Positions 1 through 8,267 of a stretch of DNA of 64,000 nt are shown piece after piece. Where the stretch lies: positions 20,230 to 84,229 of the forward strand of contig CAVUNZ010000025.1 of the NCBI GenBank assembly GCA_963742975.1. Direction: 5' to 3'. The translations under genes and the position numbers were made by a program. This stretch comes from an uncultured Alphaproteobacteria bacterium (lineage in GTDB: Bacteria > Pseudomonadota > Alphaproteobacteria > Rhizobiales > Xanthobacteraceae). The notes under the pieces are model-generated. The model was not told where the DNA came from. It did no database searches and was given only the letters and a program-made list of their open reading frames with translations. The first letter of the stretch is position 1; the number at the start of each line of letters is the position of its first letter.

Positions 1-293
1 GTGCCGGCGTGCCCGGCGCGCCCGCAGCATCCGACACTGGTGCTGCTGCCGCCCACGTCGGCTTCTTCCATCGTATCGGCCAATGGTTCAAAAATCTGTT
101 CGGCCTCGGCCGCTCGCGCGGTCAGACGTTGACGACATCGCAGCAGATCGCGCGCAATGTGGCGCGCGCGGTGGTCGCCGGCGTCGCCACGCAAGTCGCT
201 TCGGAGTTCGCCAAATCGACCGGCGGCAAGACCGCGGGAAACGTCGGCAAAGCAGTCGTGCGCGGCGCGCTCGGCGGCGTTTTGCGACGGTGA
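1..293 (+). CDS. 3' end of a gene entering from upstream; Gly/Arg-rich tail resembles HerA-like/DUF853 ATPase C-termini
   Basis: Frame is open from the window edge to the stop at 291-293. Only about 97 codons are visible, and the family guess rests on the tail ...VVRGALGGVLRR only. Confidence 0.3.
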   Translation, partial: AGVPGAPAASDTGAAAAHVGFFHRIGQWFKNLFGLGRSRGQTLTTSQQIARNVARAVVAGVATQVASEFAKSTGGKTAGNVGKAVVRGALGGVLRR

Positions 294-315
294 CGGGTTT
301 TAAAACGGTGACAGT

Positions 316-1728
316 ATGACAATGCAAGCTCTGCCCGCGGTTCTCGACCGCATCGATCGCGATCTCGACGCAAGCCTCGATCGCTTGTTCTCGCTGCTGC
401 GTATCCAATCGGTGTCGACCGATCCGGCCTATGCGCCGCAATGCCGCAAGGCGGCGGAATTCGTCGCCGCCGACCTTTCTGGCCTCGGCTTCGAGGCCAG
501 TGTGCGCCCGACCGAAGGGCATCCCGTCGTCATCGCCAAAAGCACGGAGAAAAGCGGCAACGGTGCTGGTAACGGCAAGGCGCCGCGCATCCTGTTCTAC
601 GGACACTACGACGTGCAGCCGGTCGATCCGCTCGATCTGTGGAAGTCGCCGCCGTTCGAGCCGAAGATCGAAACGCTCGAAGGCGGCCGCAAGATCATCG
701 TCGCACGCGGCGCCTGTGACGACAAAGGCCAGGCGATGACCTTCGTCGAGGCCTGCCGCGCTTTCAAGGCGGTGACCGGCAAGATCCCGCTCGACATTAC
801 GATGATGATCGAGGGCGAGGAGGAGTGCGGCTCCAAGCATCTGTTCGGTTTCGTGCGCGACAATGCGCAAGAGCTCAAGCGCGACCTGGCGCTGGTTTGC
901 GACACCGGCATGTGGGACGCGCAGACGCCGTCGATCACGACGTCGCTGCGCGGCCTCGTCTATGAGGAGATCAGGCTCACTTGTGCCGACCGCGATCTGC
1001 ATTCCGGTCTGTTCGGCGGTGCCGCGCGCAATCCGATTCATGTGCTCGCCGATATTCTCTCGGCGCTGCACAACCCGGATGGCTCGGTTGCCATCCCGGG
1101 TTTCTACGAGGGCGTTCATGAATTGCCGGACGACATCAAGGCCGATCTCTCGGGCCTCGGGCTGACGCCGGAAAAATTTCTCAATCCTGTCGGCTTGAAG
1201 ATTCCGGCCGGCGAGAAGGGCCGCATGCTGATCGAGCAAATCTCGACACGGCCGACCGCAGAGGTCAACGGCATTATCGGTGGCTATACCGGGGAGGGCG
1301 CCAAGACCGTCATCCCCGGCAAAGCGAGCGCGAAGGTCTCGTTCCGCCTCGTTGGCGCGCAGGACCCGGAAAAGATCCGCGCCGCGTTCCGCGAATTCGT
1401 TCGCGCGCGGCTGCCGGGCGATTGCAGCGTCGAATTCGGCAATTTCGGCTGCAACCCGGCTTTCGAGGTCGGCTTCGACAATCCGGCACTCAATAAGGCG
1501 CGTAACGCGCTCGCCGATGAGTGGGGCAAGAAGGCTGTGACTGTCGGCGCCGGGGGATCAATTCCCATCGTCGGCGATTTCAAGACCGTGCTCGGCATGG
1601 ACACGCTGATGGTCGGCTTCGCGCTCGACGACGATCGCGTGCACTCGCCGAATGAAAAGTTCGATCTGCGGTGTTTTCACAAAGGCATCCGCAGCTGGGC
1701 CCGCATTCTCGCGGCGCTCGCGGGGTGA
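316..1728 (+). CDS. M20/M25/M40 family metallopeptidase (dipeptidase / ArgE-DapE-like)
   Basis: 470-aa ORF with an ATG start. Carries the M20 metal-binding and catalytic motifs HYDVQP, GACDDKGQ and EGEEECGS. Confidence 0.85.
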   Translation: MTMQALPAVLDRIDRDLDASLDRLFSLLRIQSVSTDPAYAPQCRKAAEFVAADLSGLGFEASVRPTEGHPVVIAKSTEKSGNGAGNGKAPRILFYGHYDVQPVDPLDLWKSPPFEPKIETLEGGRKIIVARGACDDKGQAMTFVEACRAFKAVTGKIPLDITMMIEGEEECGSKHLFGFVRDNAQELKRDLALVCDTGMWDAQTPSITTSLRGLVYEEIRLTCADRDLHSGLFGGAARNPIHVLADILSALHNPDGSVAIPGFYEGVHELPDDIKADLSGLGLTPEKFLNPVGLKIPAGEKGRMLIEQISTRPTAEVNGIIGGYTGEGAKTVIPGKASAKVSFRLVGAQDPEKIRAAFREFVRARLPGDCSVEFGNFGCNPAFEVGFDNPALNKARNALADEWGKKAVTVGAGGSIPIVGDFKTVLGMDTLMVGFALDDDRVHSPNEKFDLRCFHKGIRSWARILAALAG

Positions 1729-1750
1729 ACGACTTTCAGCCGCGCGGTTT

Positions 1751-2275
1751 CTATTCCGTCGCTTCGGCCAGCAGGCGCGGCGTCACGAAGCGCTCGATAC
1801 GGCCGGCGCGCGGATGCAATTGCGACCAGTCATCGATCGGCAGATCGATGACGACAAGCCCCGAGGTCGGCAAGCCTTCACCGAGCTGTTCGCGCAGATT
1901 CACGTCGCCCGCGGCAATCAATTGCACCGCGAGCTCGTGAAAGCTCGGATTGTGACCGACGAGGAGCAGCGCTTTTGCTGACTTGGTCTCGCTAATGACC
2001 TCGGCGAGCTGGCGGGTCGCGGCGTTATAGATGCGGTCGTCGGTCACCATTCGCGGCGCCTTGGCGAAGCAGGGGGCGATCAGCGCCCAGGTCTCCTGCG
2101 TGCGGGTAGCCGGCGAGACGAGTGCCAGGTCGGGAACGAGGCCATGATGCGCCATATAGGCGCCGATCGCGGGCGCGTCGTTGCGGCCGCGTTTCATGAG
2201 CTTGCGGTCGCGGTCGCGCTGGCCGGTCTCGGCGCGTTCGGTCTTGGCATGGCGTAACAGCATTAATCGGCGCAT
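1751..2275 (-). CDS. histidine phosphatase family protein (SixA-like)
   Basis: 174 aa. N-terminal LLRHAKTE (RH catalytic motif) plus LLVGHNP. Confidence 0.7.
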   Translation of the reverse strand: MRRLMLLRHAKTERAETGQRDRDRKLMKRGRNDAPAIGAYMAHHGLVPDLALVSPATRTQETWALIAPCFAKAPRMVTDDRIYNAATRQLAEVISETKSAKALLLVGHNPSFHELAVQLIAAGDVNLREQLGEGLPTSGLVVIDLPIDDWSQLHPRAGRIERFVTPRLLAEATE

Positions 2276-2316
2276 TTCGCTAATGTCGCTTCCCGGACCC
2301 AGGGTGTCTAGCGCGC

Positions 2317-2409
2317 AATTGTTTCAGATTGATCGTTGCTCGCTCTAGGATTTTGATCGCGCATGATCTTTTCGGAAAACCGGGCTCCACTTTTCCCGAT
2401 CATGCTCTG
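2317..2409 (+). repeat. MITE/REP-like palindromic intergenic element, full-length copy 1
   Basis: TTGTTTCAGATTGA..TCGCTCTAGGATTTTGAT + GCATGATCTTTTCGGAAAACCGG..CCACTTTTCCCGATCATGCTC. Alignable to the copies at 24462 and 51637. Confidence 0.85.
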
Positions 2410-2445
2410 GTACGCCTGCCTGAAAGTTCGTAGATAGCGGCGGCT

Positions 2446-3993
2446 ATGCCGGCAACTCGGCGGCCACAGTCGGATACCGTCTTGATGAGCGACGACAGCC
2501 TGATCGCGGCTTACGGCAACAGTTGGTATGCCGCGACCAAGATCGACGCGCCTTTGCGCCCGCAATTGTCATCCGACCTCGATGTCGATGTCTGCGTCAT
2601 CGGCGGCGGGCTCGCGGGGCTCACGGTCGCGCGCGAAGTGGCGAGGAACGGCTGGTCGGTCGTGCTGCTCGAAGCCGGCCGCCTGGCCGGCAGTGCATCG
2701 GGCCGCAATACCGGCTTCGTGCTGCCGGGTTTCGGCGCCGACGCCGAAAAGCTCGTGGCGCGGGTCGGCTTCGAGCGCACCAAGGATCTTTGGGCGCTGG
2801 CCCAGGCCGGACTTGATTATGTGCGCAACGCCGTCGCCGCCAACGGCGTCTCCGGCATCGATCCGGAAAACGGCTGGCTCTATGTCTCCAAGGAAGACAA
2901 TAGCGACGCCTTCGTCGCTGAAGTCCAGTTGCTCGGCGAATTGGGTTGCGAGATCGAAGGCTGGCAGACCGATCGGGTGCGCAGCGTGCTGCGCAGCGAG
3001 CGCTATTTCTACGCCATCAATCATCTGCGCGCCTTGACGATCCATCCGCTGAATTACGCGCTCAAGCTCGCCGCTGCCGCCGAACGCGACGGCGCACGCA
3101 TCTTCGAGCTCACCCAGGCTTTGTCGATCGATCCGACCGGCGTGCGCAAGCGCATCGTCACGCCCGGCGCGCGGCTGCGCGCCAGTCACGTCGTGCTCTG
3201 CGGCAATGTGCAACTCGGCGCCTTGCTGCCCCGGGTGGCGTCGACGCTCGTGCCGATGACGACTTACGTGATCACCACCGCGCCGCTTGGCGACGCGCTG
3301 ACTCAAGCCATCGGCTATCGCGGCGGCATCAGCGACAGCGATCATGCCGACAACCACTATCGCATTGTCGGCGGCGACCGCCTGATGCTGTCCGGCCGTT
3401 CGACGGCATGGACGCGCGACCCCAAACGCTACGTCAAGGCGCTGACCGGCGACGTCAAGAAAACTTATCCGCAGCTCGGTGACGTCGCGGTCGATTACGC
3501 CTGGCGCGGCACGCTCGGCCTGACCATCCATCGCATGCCGCAGCTCGGCGAGCTCGGTCCCGGCGTCTGGCTCGCCTCCGGCTTCGGCGGACACGGGCTG
3601 AACACCACGGCCATGGCCGGCAATCTCATCGCCCGCGCGATCATCGATGGCGATGAAACCTGGCGGCAATTCACGCCGTTCGAACTGGTCTGGGCGGGCG
3701 GGATGATGGGACGCGCGGCGGGGCAAACGCGCAGTTGGATCAAGCGCCTGCGCGCTGCGATCGGCGAGCGCCGCGCCAAAGCGCGCGAATTGGCGCGCGA
3801 ACGCGCGCGTCAGCAAGAACACGAAGAGGCGGAGCGCGCGCAACTGCAAGACGGCACAGCGGCCGAAAGTGCCGAGGCGCAGCACGATGCGGTTGCCGGT
3901 TCCATCGTTCCGCCTGCTGACAGCGCGGCGACTACGGCGCAAGCGCCACTGGAAACGGCGGCGGACGCTGAAAAGCCCGGTCGAAACGCGTAA
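2446..3993 (+). CDS. FAD-dependent oxidoreductase (DAO family, gamma-glutamylputrescine-oxidase-like) with low-complexity C-terminal tail
   Basis: Dinucleotide-binding motif VCVIGGGLAGLTVA. 515-aa ORF; the start could instead be ATG 2485. Confidence 0.75.
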   Translation: MPATRRPQSDTVLMSDDSLIAAYGNSWYAATKIDAPLRPQLSSDLDVDVCVIGGGLAGLTVAREVARNGWSVVLLEAGRLAGSASGRNTGFVLPGFGADAEKLVARVGFERTKDLWALAQAGLDYVRNAVAANGVSGIDPENGWLYVSKEDNSDAFVAEVQLLGELGCEIEGWQTDRVRSVLRSERYFYAINHLRALTIHPLNYALKLAAAAERDGARIFELTQALSIDPTGVRKRIVTPGARLRASHVVLCGNVQLGALLPRVASTLVPMTTYVITTAPLGDALTQAIGYRGGISDSDHADNHYRIVGGDRLMLSGRSTAWTRDPKRYVKALTGDVKKTYPQLGDVAVDYAWRGTLGLTIHRMPQLGELGPGVWLASGFGGHGLNTTAMAGNLIARAIIDGDETWRQFTPFELVWAGGMMGRAAGQTRSWIKRLRAAIGERRAKARELARERARQQEHEEAERAQLQDGTAAESAEAQHDAVAGSIVPPADSAATTAQAPLETAADAEKPGRNA

Positions 3994-4128
3994 ATTTCCG
4001 GCCTCCGGCAAATCGGCAACAGGTGCCGGCGAAAATCGCCGCTATCGACCGAACCGTTCGCGCGCCAATCGCTCATCCTGTATGGTTGAGTCCGACTTGA
4101 GACAATCCGGGCGGCTGGAGTGGTGGGA

Positions 4129-5007
4129 ATGGCGCCTGACTGGCGAGCGTGGATTGCTGCGTTTGGCGTTATTGTTCTGGTTTCCACTGCTTCCGATCCC
4201 GCTGCGGCTGCCGATCTGCCACAGCCGGGATCGTTGCCGAATCCTGTGGCCTATGCACCGCCGGTCCCTGATTGGATCGTGACCATCGGTGCGGAGTTCC
4301 GCGCCGTTCCGGCTTGGCCCGGTGCCCCGGACAGCAAGATCGCCCTTGCCGGGTTGCCGCTGTTCAGCGTGCGCCATGCCGGCGAGCCACCGCCTTATTT
4401 CGGGCCGCGCGACAGTTTCGGCTTCACCGTCATCGACCTCGGCCAATTCAAGTTCGGACCTGCCATCAATTATGTCGGCGAGCGCAAGGCTGCCGACTAC
4501 GCGGCCACCGTTGGCTTGGGCAATGTCGCTCTCACGGTACAGGCGGGTGCGTTTGCCGAATATTGGCCGTTCGAATGGCTGCGGCTGCGCACTGAAGTAC
4601 GCCAAGGATTTGGCGGCGAGGGCGGTGTCACCAACGACACATTTCTGGATGCAGTGGTTCCGCTCGGGCAGTTTCGCTGGTCGGCCGGGCCACGCGTAAC
4701 CTTCGCATCGGCACCGGCGGTCAATCCGTATTACGGCATTACGCTTGCGCAATCGATCAACTCGGTCGGCGCCGGTCTGCCGCAATTGCCAGTCTATCAC
4801 GCCAGCGGCGGCCTCTATTCCTATGGTGCCGGAACGCAGCTGCAATATTTCATCAACGATCAGTGGGAAACCCACGGCTTTGTCGAATATCAGCGGCTTG
4901 CCAACTCGGTCGCCGATTCACCGCTGGTGACGCAGCGCGGTTCGGCCAATCAATGGACCTATGGTCTCGGCGCGACTTATTCGTTCTCGATGCACCCGCT
5001 GTGGTGA
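4129..5007 (+). CDS. MipA/OmpV family outer-membrane protein
   Basis: Signal peptide, amphipathic beta-strand pattern, aromatic C-terminus ..YGLGATYSFSMHPLW. ATG 4129 is preceded by GGAG. Confidence 0.6.
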   Translation: MAPDWRAWIAAFGVIVLVSTASDPAAAADLPQPGSLPNPVAYAPPVPDWIVTIGAEFRAVPAWPGAPDSKIALAGLPLFSVRHAGEPPPYFGPRDSFGFTVIDLGQFKFGPAINYVGERKAADYAATVGLGNVALTVQAGAFAEYWPFEWLRLRTEVRQGFGGEGGVTNDTFLDAVVPLGQFRWSAGPRVTFASAPAVNPYYGITLAQSINSVGAGLPQLPVYHASGGLYSYGAGTQLQYFINDQWETHGFVEYQRLANSVADSPLVTQRGSANQWTYGLGATYSFSMHPLW

Positions 5008-5032
5008 ACGCGTAGCGGCGGCGCAACGATTT

Positions 5033-5884
5033 TTAGCGGCCTTCGCGCCGCGCCATGAAGGCGAGCCGTTCGAACAGATGCACGTCCTGCTCGTTCTTGA
5101 TCAGCGCGCCGTGCAGCGGCGGGATCAGCCGCTTGGGGTCGCGCTCGCGCAGGGTTTCGGCCGAGACATCTTCAACCATCAGAAGCTTCAGCCAGTCTAA
5201 CAGCTCGGACGTCGACGGCTTCTTCTTCATGCCGGGCACGTCGCGGATCTCATAAAACAGCTTGAGCGCTTCGGCGACCAGGCGTTGTTTGATGCCCGGG
5301 AAATGCACGTCGACGATGGCGCGCATCGTGTCGGGATCGGGGAAACGGATGTAGTGGAAGAAGCAGCGGCGCAGAAAGGCGTCCGGCAATTCCTTTTCAT
5401 TGTTCGAGGTGATGACGACGATCGGGCGGCGGCGGGCACGCACCATCTCGCCGGTCTCATAGACGAAGAATTCCATGCGATCGAGCTCTTGCAAGAGATC
5501 GTTGGGGAATTCGATATCGGCCTTGTCGATCTCGTCGATGAGCAGAACGGGACGCTCGTCGGCGACGAAGCCTTCCCATAATTTGCCGCGCTTGATGTAG
5601 TTGCGGATGTCCTTTACGCGCGCGTCGCCCAATTGGCTGTCACGCAGCCGTGTCACTGCGTCATATTCATAAAGCCCTTGCTGCGCCTTGGTGGTCGACT
5701 TGATGTGCCATTCGATCAGCGGCGCCGACAGAGCCTTGGCGATCTCGATGGCCAGCACGGTCTTGCCGGTGCCGGGCTCGCCTTTGACGAGCAGCGGCCG
5801 CTCGAGCGCGATCGCGGCATTGACCGCGACTTTGAGGTCGTCGGTGGCGACATAGGCGCTGGTGCCTTCAAAGCGCATAGACAT
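5033..5884 (-). CDS. MoxR/CbbQ-NorQ-like AAA+ ATPase
   Basis: Walker A GEPGTGKT and Walker B LLIDEIDKA; 283 aa. Confidence 0.8.
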   Translation of the reverse strand: MSMRFEGTSAYVATDDLKVAVNAAIALERPLLVKGEPGTGKTVLAIEIAKALSAPLIEWHIKSTTKAQQGLYEYDAVTRLRDSQLGDARVKDIRNYIKRGKLWEGFVADERPVLLIDEIDKADIEFPNDLLQELDRMEFFVYETGEMVRARRRPIVVITSNNEKELPDAFLRRCFFHYIRFPDPDTMRAIVDVHFPGIKQRLVAEALKLFYEIRDVPGMKKKPSTSELLDWLKLLMVEDVSAETLRERDPKRLIPPLHGALIKNEQDVHLFERLAFMARREGR

Positions 5885-6063
5885 TCTTTCTTTCTGGTGT
5901 GACGCCCGATTGCGGCGCGTGCTGCGTTTAGATCATGACGCATCCGGTTGGAAGGCAAAAAGCCGCGTGCATCTCGGCAAATTTTGCCGCAAGCCCGGCA
6001 TATCTGGCCTTAGCGGAGCCTCGCGCGTCTCCGTAAGCATCTGAAATAATTTATCTAATTGAG

Positions 6064-6078
6064 TGGCACGCAGCTTGC
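6064..6078 (+). promoter_or_regulatory. sigma-54 (-24/-12) promoter of flgE
   Basis: TGGCAC-GCAGC-TTGC is a perfect match to TGGCAC-N5-TTGC, about 85 nt upstream of the flgE ATG. Confidence 0.75.
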
Positions 6079-6163
6079 TGCAAGCTGTCCGGGTATGCGG
6101 CTGCCTTGGCGTCGTTGTGATTTCTCAGCCGCCGTCGTGTTGAGATCGAGTTGGAGACAAGTC

Positions 6164-8176
6164 ATGGGTATCTTCGATGCTTTGACCACCGCAGTGGCTG
6201 GTCTTCAGGCACAATCGTTCGCGCTGCAAAACATTTCCGGCAACATCGCCAACTCCCAGACCACCGGATACAAAGAAACCAACACCGCCTTTCAGGATCT
6301 GGTCAATCAAGCCGCGGTCAACTTGCAGACGCCCGACGGCGTTACCGCAAGCTCCATCGCCACCAATACGGTGCAAGGCTCAATCACAAGCACGTCGGTC
6401 GCGACCGATATGGCCATCAACGGCGATGGCTTTTTCGTCGTCTCCAAGCCGACGGGCTTTGTCGATAATCAGCCGACCTTCTCCGGCATCAACGACTATA
6501 CGCGTGCCGGCGATTTCACGATGAACAACAACGGCAACCTGGTCAACAGCGCCGGCTATTATCTGATGGGTATCCCGGTCGATCCGACCACCGGCAATCC
6601 CTTGGGCAGCGTTCCCGAGGTCTTGCAATTCAACAACAATTTCATTCCGGCGGTGGCGACGACATCCGTCAGCTATCAGGCCAACCTGCCGGCGACGCCC
6701 AAGTCGGGCGTCATCAACCCGAATAACTTTGAGGCCAATCCGTTGGCCGGCGCGCCCGTCGCCGCGGAGATCACCGGCAGCGGCGCGACGCTCCAACCGG
6801 ACGCCGCAGCCGTAGGCACCGGCACAGCGACCGGCCTCACCGGCGCTACGACGCTGGCGAGTCTCGGCATCAATGTGAACGATGTTATTTCGGTCAGCGA
6901 CGGCACCAATACGACGTCCTACACTGTGGGTGCAGGTGACACGATCAACACTCTGATGACCGCGATCAACGGCGGCACAGCGGCCGTCACCGCGTCGCTG
7001 TCGGGCGGCAACCTCGTTTTGACCGGAAATAACGATCTCGCCAGCGTCACGGTGTCCGGGACCAGCAACGACGCCACCGATCTCGGCTTCGGCGCTGGAA
7101 ACAACTCGTTTACACCGACCAATCTGCTGACCCAGAGCGCTGTGGCGCAGGGGCAGACCTTTGCCGTCGACGTTATACCTTCCGGCAGCACGGTCGGCAC
7201 GACGGAAACGCTCACCTTCGGCACCGGCGTCGGCCAGGTCGCCACACTGGCCCAATTGCAGACCACGCTGGTCGGCTTGGGCACCAGCAGCGGACTCTTC
7301 AGCGCGACGGTGAATACGGCCAACGGCGATGTGTCGTTGACTGCGACCAACCCGAGCGACAGCATGCAGCTCGTCGGCACCGCTTCGGCCACAAAATTCG
7401 GCATCGAGAATCTTACCGCACTGCCGGCCAGCGGCACCGTGGCTGGCGCCGATAACTCCACGTTCGACTCTGAATCGGTCGACGGCGGCTCCATCACCGC
7501 CTATGACGCAGTCGGCAATCCGGTCAATGTGCAGTTCCGCTGGGCGCAAGTGACGAGCTCGGCGAGCGGCAGCACATGGCAATTGTTCTATCAGAACAAT
7601 TCCTCGGCAACCGGCAGCACGGCGGCCTGGACCAATGTCGGGACCACCTTCACGTTCAACTCGAACGGCGAAATGTCGCCGCAGATCACGTCTCTGACGA
7701 TACCGGGCCTGTCGGTGAACGGCGACGATCTCGGCAACGTGCAGCTGCAGATCGGTACCGACGGCCTGACGCAGTTCGCCAGCACCAGCGGCACGGTGCA
7801 GGTCAATAATCTGCAGCAGAACGGTTATGCGGCGGGGTCGCTGCAATCGGTCTCGGTCGACAGCCAGAACCGCGTGGTCGGCAATTTCACCAACGGTCAG
7901 ACCATTCCGCTTGCCGAGGTCACCTTGGCGTCGTTCAATGGTACCGACTCCCTGCAGGCGCTCAATGGCGGCGCCTATGCCGCGACGCCGGAATCCGGCC
8001 CGCCGAATTACTCCGCGACCGGTAGCATCGAGGGCAGTTCGCTGGAATCCTCGAACGTCGATATCGCCACCCAGTTCAGCCAGCTCATCGTCGCGCAGCA
8101 GGCTTATTCGGCGAATGCTCGCGTCATGACGACCGCCAACCAGATGATTCAGAGCCTGCTCACGGTCATCCAATAG
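6164..8176 (+). CDS. flgE: flagellar hook protein FlgE (670 aa, large central insert)
   Basis: N-terminus MGIFDALTTAVAGLQAQ..NIANSQTTGYK and C-terminus ..QLIVAQQAYSANARVMTTANQM. ATG 6164 follows GGAGA. The longer TTG-started ORF from 6059 was rejected. Confidence 0.9.
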   Translation: MGIFDALTTAVAGLQAQSFALQNISGNIANSQTTGYKETNTAFQDLVNQAAVNLQTPDGVTASSIATNTVQGSITSTSVATDMAINGDGFFVVSKPTGFVDNQPTFSGINDYTRAGDFTMNNNGNLVNSAGYYLMGIPVDPTTGNPLGSVPEVLQFNNNFIPAVATTSVSYQANLPATPKSGVINPNNFEANPLAGAPVAAEITGSGATLQPDAAAVGTGTATGLTGATTLASLGINVNDVISVSDGTNTTSYTVGAGDTINTLMTAINGGTAAVTASLSGGNLVLTGNNDLASVTVSGTSNDATDLGFGAGNNSFTPTNLLTQSAVAQGQTFAVDVIPSGSTVGTTETLTFGTGVGQVATLAQLQTTLVGLGTSSGLFSATVNTANGDVSLTATNPSDSMQLVGTASATKFGIENLTALPASGTVAGADNSTFDSESVDGGSITAYDAVGNPVNVQFRWAQVTSSASGSTWQLFYQNNSSATGSTAAWTNVGTTFTFNSNGEMSPQITSLTIPGLSVNGDDLGNVQLQIGTDGLTQFASTSGTVQVNNLQQNGYAAGSLQSVSVDSQNRVVGNFTNGQTIPLAEVTLASFNGTDSLQALNGGAYAATPESGPPNYSATGSIEGSSLESSNVDIATQFSQLIVAQQAYSANARVMTTANQMIQSLLTVIQ

Positions 8177-8267
8177 CGATGCGGCTATCGCTTCAGCGGC
8201 AAGCCGCATGATCGGCCGCAACGCAATCGGCTGTAACCCAATCGGTTGTAACCCATGGCGCTAATCG

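Noticed and set aside
2308-2565. 85-aa ORF (and the similar ORF at 51644-51913) ending in ..RFSEKIM(R/L)(D/H)QN.RA..
   Set aside because: The conserved peptide is just the translation of the MITE/REP element. Conservation is at the nucleotide and palindrome level, in both orientations, and the rest of each ORF is unrelated.
6059-6163. Longer FlgE starting at TTG 6059
   Set aside because: The extension (..CPGMRLPWRRCDFSAAVVLRSSWRQV) overlaps the sigma-54 promoter and is non-FlgE-like. ATG 6164 has an RBS and the canonical FlgE N-terminus.
8178-8209. Hairpin ATGCGGCT-N15-AGCCGCAT after the flgE stop as a terminator
   Set aside because: It has no following U-tract and a 15-nt loop, and flgK follows in the same orientation. 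It is at most an intra-operon stabiliser.
6380-8221. 613-aa minus-strand ORF
   Set aside because: Antisense to flgE, Arg/Gly/Asp-rich nonsense composition. flgE on the plus strand has canonical termini.
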